A model generated the notes under the pieces. That model was not told the origin of the DNA. It ran no database searches and worked only from the letters and a program-made list of their open reading frames with translations. A DNA stretch of 63,460 nucleotides, filler included, from Octopus bimaculoides (lineage: Eukaryota), in assembly GCF_001194135.2 (NCBI RefSeq). It is 4 parts of 4 records of this genome, joined end to end, with 100 filler letters (N's around TTAATTAATTAA, not from the genome) between each part and the next. Parts side by side here need not be neighbours in the genome. Positions count along the whole stretch, not along the records: positions 43,862 to 56,651 come from NC_068993.1; positions 56,752 to 63,460 come from NC_068983.1; 2 more parts are not named here. One strand, 5' to 3'. The translations under genes were made by a program, and so were the position numbers. Below, piece after piece: positions 54,682 to 63,460 of this stretch. How positions within the stretch are numbered: the first letter of the stretch is position 1; the number at the start of each line of letters is the position of its first letter.

Positions 54682-55056
54682 NNNNNNNNNNNNNNNNNNN
54701 NNNNNNNNNNNNNNNNNNNNNNNNNNNNNNNNNNNNNNNNNNNNNNNNNNNNNNNNNNNNNNNNNNNNNNNNNNNNNNNNNNNNNNNNNNNNNNNNNNNN
54801 NNNNNNNNNNNNNNNNNNNNNNNNNNNNNNNNNNNNNNNNNNNNNNNNNNNNNNNNNNNNNNNNNNNNNNNNNNNNNNNNNNNNNNNNNNNNNNNNNNNN
54901 NNNNNNNNNNNNNNNNNNNNNNNNNNNNNNNNNNNNNNNNNNNNNNNNNNNNNNNNNNNNNNNNNNNNNNNNNNNNNNNNNNNNNNNNNNNNNNNNNNNN
55001 NNNNNNNNNNNNNNNNNNNNNNNNNNNNNNNNNNNNNNNNNNNNNNNTGTACTTCA

Positions 55057-55188
55057 TTGAAAAGCAGCAGAAATATCACTAAAACTGTTACTCAGAATTT
55101 CACGTTCCCGTTCGTCATAACTGTCCGACGAACGGGAACGTGAAACTCTGAGTAACAGTTTTTGTGATATTTCTGCTGCTTTTCAATA
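55057..55188. repeat. Near-perfect palindrome (61-bp arms, 2 mismatches, 10-nt loop); inverted pseudo-LTR junction
   Basis: attgaaaagcagcagaaatatcac...ttcccgttcgtc | ataactgtcc | gacgaacgggaa...gtgatatttctgctgcttttcaat. Confidence 0.95.
55119..55160 (+). ncRNA. Type-I hammerhead ribozyme motif (U4C variant)
   Basis: Stem I AACTGT/ACAGTT (6 bp); CCGACGA; stem II ACG-GGAA-CGT (GNRA loop); GAAA; stem III CTC-T-GAG; GUA triplet; AATAAA shortly downstream. Confidence 0.75.
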
Positions 55189-55340
55189 AAGCATATTACT
55201 CTACCTCTGGTATTTGAGTACTCTTTTTTCCACCTTGTTTCGCATTTATGTGCTTACTTTTTTTTATTGCGCCATTTTATATTGTATTAATTTCTTTATT
55301 CCCTATCAAACTTTTTTATTATGATTTATTATATTTTATT

Positions 55341-55911
55341 TTATTTCTATATACACGCACACATACACACACATACACGTACATATACACACACGAAAAA
55401 ATGCACGCACCCGTGCACATGCATGAACGCACATATAACTCCCATACATACCACACACATTCAATGCATACATGCACATACACACACATCATCCACACAC
55501 ACACACATACACACACGCACATACACACGCACACACGCGCACACACACATGCACACACATACACACACGCACACACACACACGCACATACACACACGCAT
55601 ACATACACTCGCATACACCCACGCGCACACACACCCATGAACATATACCTCACATATACCTCCCACACACACCACACACACAACACGCACACAACACGCA
55701 CACACACGGCACACACACATGCTTACACACACACACACACGTACACAAACGCACACACACATACACACACAAACACACGCACAGGAATGCACATATACCT
55801 AACCCATACAACCCCACGTACACACAGACACACATACACCTATACACACACACACACAACACAAACACATATATACATAGGCATATACACACACGCACAT
55901 ATATCCACGCA

Positions 55912-56005
<94 letters not shown>

Positions 56006-56180
56006 CGCACATTTGCTCCACAGACACAACCCCACTCACAATCCGACGCGTACGCGCATACACATACGTACACACACATACATACCCACACACAAACACG
56101 CACACACAGACACAGGCACACACTGCACACAAAAACACACAAACACAACGTACACATACAGGCGCAAACACATACTTCAA
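55341..56180. repeat. Cryptic (CA)/(CATA)/(CACG) simple-sequence tract
   Basis: About 840 bp of interrupted CA repeats; source of the HT/CV-rich ORFs. Confidence 0.95.
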
Positions 56181-56539
56181 ACTACCATTTAAATGCCTTT
56201 CTACTGACCATTCCCCCTAGGGAGACACACGAAAGACAGCCACTCCTACCTAAAATTCCTACTATAAATTCTTCCTACGACATTAAGCGACACAAAGTCC
56301 ACTCTCACACACACATATAAAGAGCCAAGCCACACACACACACACACATACACACACACACAGACCTGTGCGCACGCACATACCCACACATACACATACA
56401 TATCTCCTTCTCTTGCACTCTCCTGTCTTAGGAAGAACTTTTTCTTCACCCTTTCCCTTCCGGTCTTTTGAAAATGTAACTGCGTGTGTATCGTTGGCGA
56501 TTTTCTTCCTTCGTCTTCCCTTCCTTTGGACTTTCCTCT

Positions 56540-56574
56540 ATTTCTGAAGAAGAGCCCGGCTCGAAACGTTAAAT
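56540..56574 (+). ncRNA. Minimal type-I hammerhead ribozyme motif (Penelope pLTR type)
   Basis: Stem I ATTT/AAAT; CTGAAGA+A (56544); stem II GAGC-ccg-GCTC; GAAA (56563); minimal CG stem III; GUU triplet. Confidence 0.75.
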
Positions 56575-56651
56575 CCTCTTTTCTTTCTTTCACTACGTCC
56601 TCGCGTTATTATTTTTTCTTGTTTATTCTTGTTTGTTTTTATTCAATATAT

Positions 56652-56751
56652 NNNNNNNNNNNNNNNNNNNNNNNNNNNNNNNNNNNNNNNNNNNNTTAAT
56701 TAATTAANNNNNNNNNNNNNNNNNNNNNNNNNNNNNNNNNNNNNNNNNNNN
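56652..56751. other. Artificial scaffold linker 44N-TTAATTAATTAA-44N
   Basis: Identical to the other two linkers. Confidence 0.95.
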
Positions 56752-57360
56752 TTATATACACGCACACACACACAAACATATATATATATATATATAATAT
56801 TTAACTTTCAAACATCATTGAGTGCAATTAATATTGTTAGCAGGTGGAAAGTAAAGTGAATTGTGGTTTAAATAATAAGACACGTCGGATATGTATAGAT
56901 CATTAAACGTATTGACGATTTATTTCCTGAAATGCATGTAGCTAATATGAGACCACAATGGAAGTTAAAGTATAGCAAGTAAATATAATTTGATGGATAG
57001 AATTTCATTGAAATAATTATAATCAAATAACTATAAGCCGGAATCTATAATTGTTGCATGTGAAGATCAGTAACTTTAACTTTAACTGGACTGAATGTTA
57101 TATAGTTTATAAGGCCTGTACGCCTTCCCAGCATATATTTTCATTTGTTTATGTTCTTTTATACATCTAGCTGCATTAAAAGGATATTACGTAGTTTGGT
57201 TGCTATGTTAAATATGTTTGGCTGAATCAGTTTCTAGAATCTGTTTGGCTGAATCGGTTTCCCTATGTAAATATACACATTGTCTTTATTCAAAATATAA
57301 CAACTTGCTTTCTTATTCGTATTATGATTTGCATTTGATGTGTTTGGAAGTAGAGGAATA

Positions 57361-57510
57361 CTACTATTTTCTACTCTAGGAACAAGGGCCGAAATTGTGG
57401 GGAAGGAGGCCATTCGATTAGATCGACCTCAGTAAGCAACTGGTATTTAATTTATCGACCCGAAAAGGATGAAAAGCAAAGTCGGCCTCGACGGAATTTG
57501 AACTCAGGCA
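57361..57510 (-). mobile_element. SINE family A, 5'-truncated
   Basis: Minus strand cctgagttcaaattccgtcgaggccgactttgcttttcatccttttcgggtcgataaattaaataccagtt. Confidence 0.88.
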
Positions 57511-58208
57511 GAGAAATTGATACAATTGTTACGGTGATAACACCAGATGAATTTTGTCATTAGACATTGTCTTCTCCTATCCTTTTCCTTGCGTATATTA
57601 TAATATATTATTTTTTCCTCTTACATTGAATTGAAGTTGAATTGTGTACATTTACATTACTAAACATGAATGATATATTAGTTGACAACAACTTCAGGAA
57701 ACTATTTTCTTTTCCTTCTCCAATCCGCATCAGTTTTATCTTCCTATAAAGCGCAATTTGTTTTCTTTCTAGAACTTTAAACAAAATAACCGCCAGCGCG
57801 TCACTCATGCCTTGAATGAATTACACTGATTAATTCTATTTCATTCTTACCTATTTCGCCTCGATGTCTTTGCTATTTTCCATTATTTTTATGGTTGTGT
57901 AATTGCCAAATGCATTTGCATCAAGCTTTATATTTTTGTATTTCACTTACGGAGTTGTTCTGCTCTACGCCATTTCATCAATTGTGTTAGGTCTCATTTT
58001 TTTGCAATTCAGTTAACATTCCCTTGCGTGTAACATCCCAAATAATATGTGTGTGTTGCTTGCTAATGGATTTGGAAAGTTGCTTTCAAGTTCTTCAAAT
58101 GTATCAGGGATTTGCGTTCTTTAAATGGGGAAATTAATATCAATTTATATCAATGTGCCAAGCACTAAAACGTTTGAATTCGGAATTAGATATTGGGTGT
58201 ATAAATAA

Positions 58209-58361
58209 GCACAAGTTAAGACAAGAAAGATGACCGATGGTAACGTGGGAGCCACGTGAGCCAGGGAAGAGTAGTGAGGCACCTTCTTTCCCTCACTCCT
58301 CCTCCATTACTCACGTAGCTCAGACGTAACCATCGGTCATCTTTCTTCTTCCAACTTGTGT
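58209..58361. repeat. Nested fold-back (~153 bp)
   Basis: 58210-58217 pairs with 58353-58360; 58223-58246 with 58324-58347 (23/24); 58249-58260 with 58310-58321 (11/12); inner agggaaga/tctttccct. Confidence 0.9.
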
Positions 58362-58519
58362 TTGTTTCTTTCTCTCCGTTGTTGCTAGAGCAAGGAAGAT
58401 GTGTTCTTTTCTGTCTCCTGTGCAGGCTTTATTTACGCCTTCGTCAGCACAACCTCGGTTAGGCTTAACAGCCCTTTGTGTTTGTTTCCACTGTCCTGTT
58501 CGTGTTACCAATTTTCACC

Positions 58520-59720
58520 CTCCGCAAATTTTATATAACTTCATTTAATTTGCGTTGCAGGAGCAACTGTTTTATCGAAAGCGTATATTGTTGTTAAATG
58601 TTCAATATATGGGACTAGAAAAACAGCGAACAACTGATGAAGGGTTGTTCTTCATGTTGTTCGTCTTTTGATCCTCCGTAAAAATCCCAAAATTTATATA
58701 ATTCGCTTTGCGGGAGCAACTGTTTTATCGCATGTGTGTGAGTGTGTGAAGTGTTTGTACACTAATCTAAGGGATATGTTCCCCGCGCAAATGTTGTTGA
58801 GTGAGAATGGTGGGGAAAAACAAACGACTTTACAGTAGCACTTCATTTTACAGGTGCTAGGACCCGGCATATATGAGATGTATTCCTTAAACCCACTGCG
58901 TGCCAAGGTATCATTGTAATAGGCCGCTGCGTCATCAAATATTTCTTGACTGGTGGACAGGTTTCAAATCCTCTTCTTGACACCCTTTACTAGGTTCTTG
59001 CTGAGTGGCAGGAGGCTATGTTAATATACGGCAGCCTTTCGTTTGGTTTGTTGTAGGATTCCTATAAAGAGGTACCCGGGAACAGCGTAATGTCTAAAAA
59101 GTTAAAGATGGTAAGATTAGTTTCAACTGTAATCTTAAATCTACTTGATCTGAGAGTGCGAATAACGTCCTTCCTAAGTCTACCAAGGGGATGTCCATTA
59201 GCTCCTCTAGAGATGGCTAAAGTGATACCTCTGTACAGACCAAAGAAGACCGACGGGGACCTTTTCGTTAAGGTGTTCATCATATACAAAACTCTAGGGT
59301 CAAAGGCATCCGCGCTGTCAAAGTTTCCTATCACCATATTGGTTAATTGCTTAGCTTCACTGTTAATACTATTGGATTTATGTGGGAAGCGCATCTATAT
59401 ATCAGTGTGCTGGTATTTTCTTAAAGGCTTACTCTCAGTTGTAACTGTCGAGACCCAGGAGCGTCTCCACTCGAGCAGGGATGTATGATTAACTCCATCA
59501 TATAAAAAGTAGAAGTTACGGCAACGCTGCATGATGTCCAAATCGAGAAGAAGTATTAAATCGGGTTATGCGAAGATGATTTCAAAAGTCACTATGTCAA
59601 CTTCCTTCAACTTTCCGGCACATGGACAAAGCCGCCAAGTTGGAAAAAGCCACTAAATACATATAAACGCATTAAGCTGGCTAGCCACGTATGCGATTTG
59701 ACGACCAACTCCACGGCACC
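58520..59720 (-). mobile_element. Second Penelope-like (Naiad-type) element, RT to linker remnant
   Basis: VDIVTF (motif A-like), DIMQRCR, GNFDSAD, FFGLYRG..LAI..GANG.PLGRLRKDVI..KITVETNLTIFNFLDITL, PYINI, IFDDAAAYYNDTLARSGF, VCFSPPFSLN...LVYKHF; frameshifted. Confidence 0.85.
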
Positions 59721-60044
59721 TTGAATCAGGTGAAAGAGCGGAGAAAAATCTATGCTATATATTAAAGGATAAAAAAATGCAAGTTATGAATAGCTGAAAG
59801 ATCGTGTACCCTTTCAAGATCTAAAATTGGCACTGCACTGCACTGCTGAATTCCAGATGAGAAAATTTTCAGCAAATGCAAAAATATGGACAATTGTTTT
59901 TGGCGAACTGACGAACATCACCTTCTCTGGATCGAGATTTTAGACTTGTTTTGATTCCACACCATCTTACGAATCTATGCTCAAATAGACATAAATCTAA
60001 TTCTTTTTCTTTGTCCTTTACTATTTCCGTTATTTTTACCATCC

Positions 60045-60081
<37 letters not shown>

Positions 60082-61492
60082 AAATGTATTAATGAATCAA
60101 TAACAATTGTCAGTTGAAGTATATTAGCGAATTGTAAATGCGACTACAAAAAGATTTAGCTGAAAATTGTTATAACGCATGCAAATAAACATCTCTCTAA
60201 ATATGAGTGTATTATATTGTGTATAGAAAAATATATTAATCAACTGATGAAACTTCTCATTTGTCCACAATCATTAGCTCTTTGGAAATGATGTAAAATG
60301 AATTTTAATTGAATATTGTTATAAAATTTGAATGCACTAGAATATTGAAAAACATGTAACATTGGAAAAAATATAAACTGTGAAAATATGTTATTTGTAC
60401 AAATATAGACACACGCAGACAAACATATTTTTACGCGTATATTTACATGAATTAACACGTTTATAAGCAATCAGCAATAAACGTATTATGTTGTGAATAT
60501 ATGCATGTTCAGAACGAGACTAAAAAATAGAGAGAGAGAGAGAGAGAGAAAGTGTGAGAGAAAGACAGGGTGGTAGAGAAAGAGGGAGAAAGAGAAAAAG
60601 TGCAAGAGAGAAAGTTAATAATTTTGAAATGTTCATGTAAGAATTCGCAGTGGTTTTTTTTTTTCAACATTATATTTAAATTGCAAGATAATTAATTCAA
60701 GATGAATAATATTGTTTCGTAAACCACAAGAACAGTATCACCTAATTTACAGGGACGAGATCATGTTGTGTATATATTAATATTTCAATTACATTTGTTT
60801 TTATATGATTTCATTAAACAATTATGTGACAGTATATCCTACATGTGTTCAATGACTGACGATATAATTCAATCATATATCAAAGATGTAATTTAATAGG
60901 AACTCTGTGATTAATATTTGATTGTTTATACTGGGAGGTATTTAGCGTTGTTTCGCGTGACATATTTACACATTTATATCATTAAATCGATGTACTAAAT
61001 GAATAACAATCGCAGATAAAATCATTGTTTGCCATTTTATACAATTCGATAGCTTTCAGAGATAATCAATAGAAAGTGTGAATTTCAGTTGAAGTATTTA
61101 TATTAAATGGAAATGTCTCAGAAAACAAAATTAATGTGTCATAAAGAGCTCAGCGGTGGTTATATTATAATCATGGTAGGTCATATNNNNNNNNNNNNNN
61201 NNNNNNNNNNNNNNNNNNNNNNNNNNNNNNNNNNNNNNNNNNNNNNNNNNNNNNNNNNNNNNNNNNNNNNNNNNNNNNNNNNNNNNNNNNNNNNNNNNNN
61301 NNNNNNNNNNNNNNNNNNNNNNNNNNNNNNNNNNNNNNNNNNNNNNNNNNNNNNNNNNNNNNNNNNNNNNNTCTGATAAAATAAATGGGCTAATAGAAAC
61401 CAAGGTAGCAAAGATCACAAAATATCTGTGGTGTAATTCCTGTTGGTGAGACAGAAACTCCTTGATATTTTGAGTATTTGAGTATATTTAAA

Positions 61493-61696
61493 AATTTAAG
61501 GAATGGAGAAAACGCATGTTATAACTGCATACTTTATTCCGACATATGTTTCGAAGAATTACAATTTATGCGATCCATAGGAATCGGCGATGTTAAAAAT
61601 GTAAACTTCTCATCAGGAAAATGGATGGGAATCATCTTAAACGTAAGACATTATGACCGAGAATGATAACTATAGTTGGATAATGTTATGACGTGA
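61493..61696 (-). repeat. Penelope pseudo-LTR copy 1 (~204 bp)
   Basis: Roughly 85-90% identical by eye to 62782-62986 (direct) and inverted relative to 61876-62033. Confidence 0.85.
61537..61620 (-). ncRNA. Type-I hammerhead ribozyme with extended stem II, copy 1
   Basis: tttc-CTGATGA-GAAG...(57-nt stem II domain)...CTTC-GAAA-CATATG-TC/ggaa; all core nucleotides canonical. Confidence 0.8.
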
Positions 61697-61940
61697 TTCA
61701 TTTGAAAAAACCGTTAGAGATTTGGACGCTACCAGATAGTAGGATGGACAACACATACATACAAATATATATACATACATACACACATAGTTATATACAC
61801 ATATATACATATATATACACATATATATACGCACACATACACATAAAATTTACACATATACACACACATACGTACCATTATCCAACTATAGTTATCATTT
61901 TCGGTCATAATGTCTTACGTTTAAGATGATTCCCATGTAT

Positions 61941-62024
61941 TTCCCTGAGGAGAGGTTTACATTTTTAACATCGCCGATTCCTATGGATCGCATAAATTGT
62001 AATTCTTCGAGACATATGTCGGAA
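61941..62024 (+). ncRNA. Hammerhead with extended stem II, copy 2 (A13G)
   Basis: ttcc-CTGAGGA-GAGG...CTTC-GAGA-CATATG-TC/ggaa; a single core substitution GAAA>GAGA. Confidence 0.7.
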
Positions 62025-62730
62025 TAAAGTATGNNNNNNNNNNNNNNNNNNNNNNNNNNNNNNNNNNNNNNNNNNNNNNNNNNNNNNNNNNNNNNNNNNN
62101 NNNNNNNNNNNNNNNNNNNNNNNNNNNNNNNNNNNNNNNNNNNNNNNNNNNNNNNNNNNNNNNNNNNNNNNNNNNNNNNNNNNNNNNNNNNNNNNNNNNN
62201 NNNNNNNNNNNNNNNNNNNNNNNNNNNNTAGGACATTAAGGATAGAAATATCAAACTACACACATATGTATGTATAAAAATTCAGCTTACTAATAAGCAG
62301 TTGTTTAAAGTCAATGTACCTCAGAGTAAAGTATCATTTCAAAGGAATATCAGTTAACGAATGGCAGACAGAAGTTACGTAACCACATATATCGATGTAC
62401 AGCTGTTTCTGCGTTAGGTACTGGAGCTATTTAAACGATGTGTTTATTGTAGAAAGTATTTAAATGTGTTTTGCGATAAAGAAATAATTCATTTAAGTGA
62501 CTTCGAGGGTGCTAAATGGTGTACGAGAATTAAATTCTGAGTGCACACTTGCTAAGAAGAGACACAACTTCAAGCTATTATTAATAATGATTTTACTGCT
62601 GTTCATTCATTAGTTTAAATAAATACATTCACAGAGACACACTTGGAGTTCAATATCAACAACATCCTTGTATAAGAATGATACGCGCGCGCATGTGTGC
62701 GGTGCGTACGTGTGTATGTGTGTGTTTGTA

Positions 62731-62781
<51 letters not shown>

Positions 62782-62782
<1 letters not shown>

Positions 62783-62986
62783 AATTTAAGGAATGGAGAA
62801 AGCGCATGTTATAATTGCATACTTTATTCCTACATATGTTTCAAAGGATTACAACCTATGTGATCCATAGGGATCTGTGATATTAAAATTGTAACCTTCT
62901 CATCAGGGAAAGCATGGGAATCATCTTAAACGTAAGACATTATGACCGAGTATGAAAACAATAGATGGATAAGGTTATGACGTGAT
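62782..62986 (-). repeat. Penelope pseudo-LTR copy 3, inverted relative to the adjacent RT fragment
   Basis: Direct repeat of 61493-61696; abuts the 5'-truncated RT frame starting at 62999. Confidence 0.85.
62827..62910 (-). ncRNA. Hammerhead with extended stem II, copy 3
   Basis: ttcc-CTGATGA-GAAGG/CCTTT, TTACAA/TTGTAA, apical GATCC-CTAT-GGATC, GAAA-CATATG-TA/ggaa; canonical core, GUA triplet. Confidence 0.8.
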
Positions 62987-62998
62987 TGAGTATGCACA

Positions 62999-63460
62999 TA
63001 CATTCTATACGAATTAGAAGACCAATTCCCAAATGTTATGGGTGGCCTATACAGAGACGATTGTCTATTATACTTAGAGAACACCACAAATCAAAATATA
63101 CAAAAAATTAAAAATAAATTAGCTAGGTTTTTTTAGCAGAATGGGCTTTTGAAGATGAAACATCTATAGCTAACTGCTTGGACCTCACTTTAGATCTACA
63201 CACTAAAACATTCTTCCCGTATCACAAACCCTCCACTAACCTAAAATATATCAGTAAATCCAGCAATCATCCAAATTCAGTAACGAGAAATTTGGTCAAA
63301 AATATTTCACTTAGAATATCCAATCTTTCTACGAATGAATGCATCTTCAATAAGGAGGCTGAATTTTACAATTTAGCTTTATTAAAAGCCGGTTACAGAG
63401 AAAAGGTTAATTATATAGATTCTAATTATGAAACCGATATGAGTAATAATAATATTAATG
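62999..63460 (+). mobile_element. Third Penelope-like (Naiad-type) element: 5'-truncated RT pseudogene running off the window
   Basis: YILYELEDQFPNVMGGLYRDDCL (YRDD at 63050-63061); stop at ~63134 and a frameshift; ANCLDLTLDL..FFPYHKP..YISKSSNHPNSV..NISLRISNLSTNE.IFNKEAEFYNLALLKAGY. Confidence 0.9.

Noticed and set aside
58900-59000. In-frame TGA in a Naiad-type ORF (some Naiads encode selenocysteine)
   Set aside because: Falls at a Ser-type position (RI*NLS) in a decayed copy, not at a Cys; no SECIS identified

Overview
AT-rich, gapped eukaryotic genomic DNA, very probably a cephalopod (Octopus-like). That call is inferred from the SINE families, the microsatellite load and the TE mix, not from a search. 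The window is not one contiguous locus: three identical 100-bp linkers (44N-TTAATTAATTAA-44N at 25931-26030, 43762-43861, 56652-56751) join four segments. I could not confidently identify any host protein-coding gene, rRNA, tRNA or CRISPR array, and almost all supplied ORFs are microsatellite or N-gap artefacts. Interpretable content: about 18 tRNA-derived SINE copies from several families; a decayed mariner; a decayed hAT (hATm-like) transposase; an R4/Dong-type RLE retrotransposon 3' part; L2/RTE-type LINE scraps; a Helitron-like array; three Penelope-like (Naiad-type, YRDD) retroelement fragments. The strongest signal is an RNA one. There are seven type-I hammerhead ribozyme motifs (intact or nearly so) plus one decayed remnant, from at least five unrelated sequence families. 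They include a three-copy family with an unusually long (~57 nt) structured stem II, a hammerhead inside a 61-bp-arm palindrome, and one at the tip of a ~145-nt rod-like hairpin. Hammerheads in Penelope pseudo-LTRs are established; the specific architectures here may not be. Two weak exon candidates are flagged (36693-36749 and a Tudor-like frame at 51692-51994).
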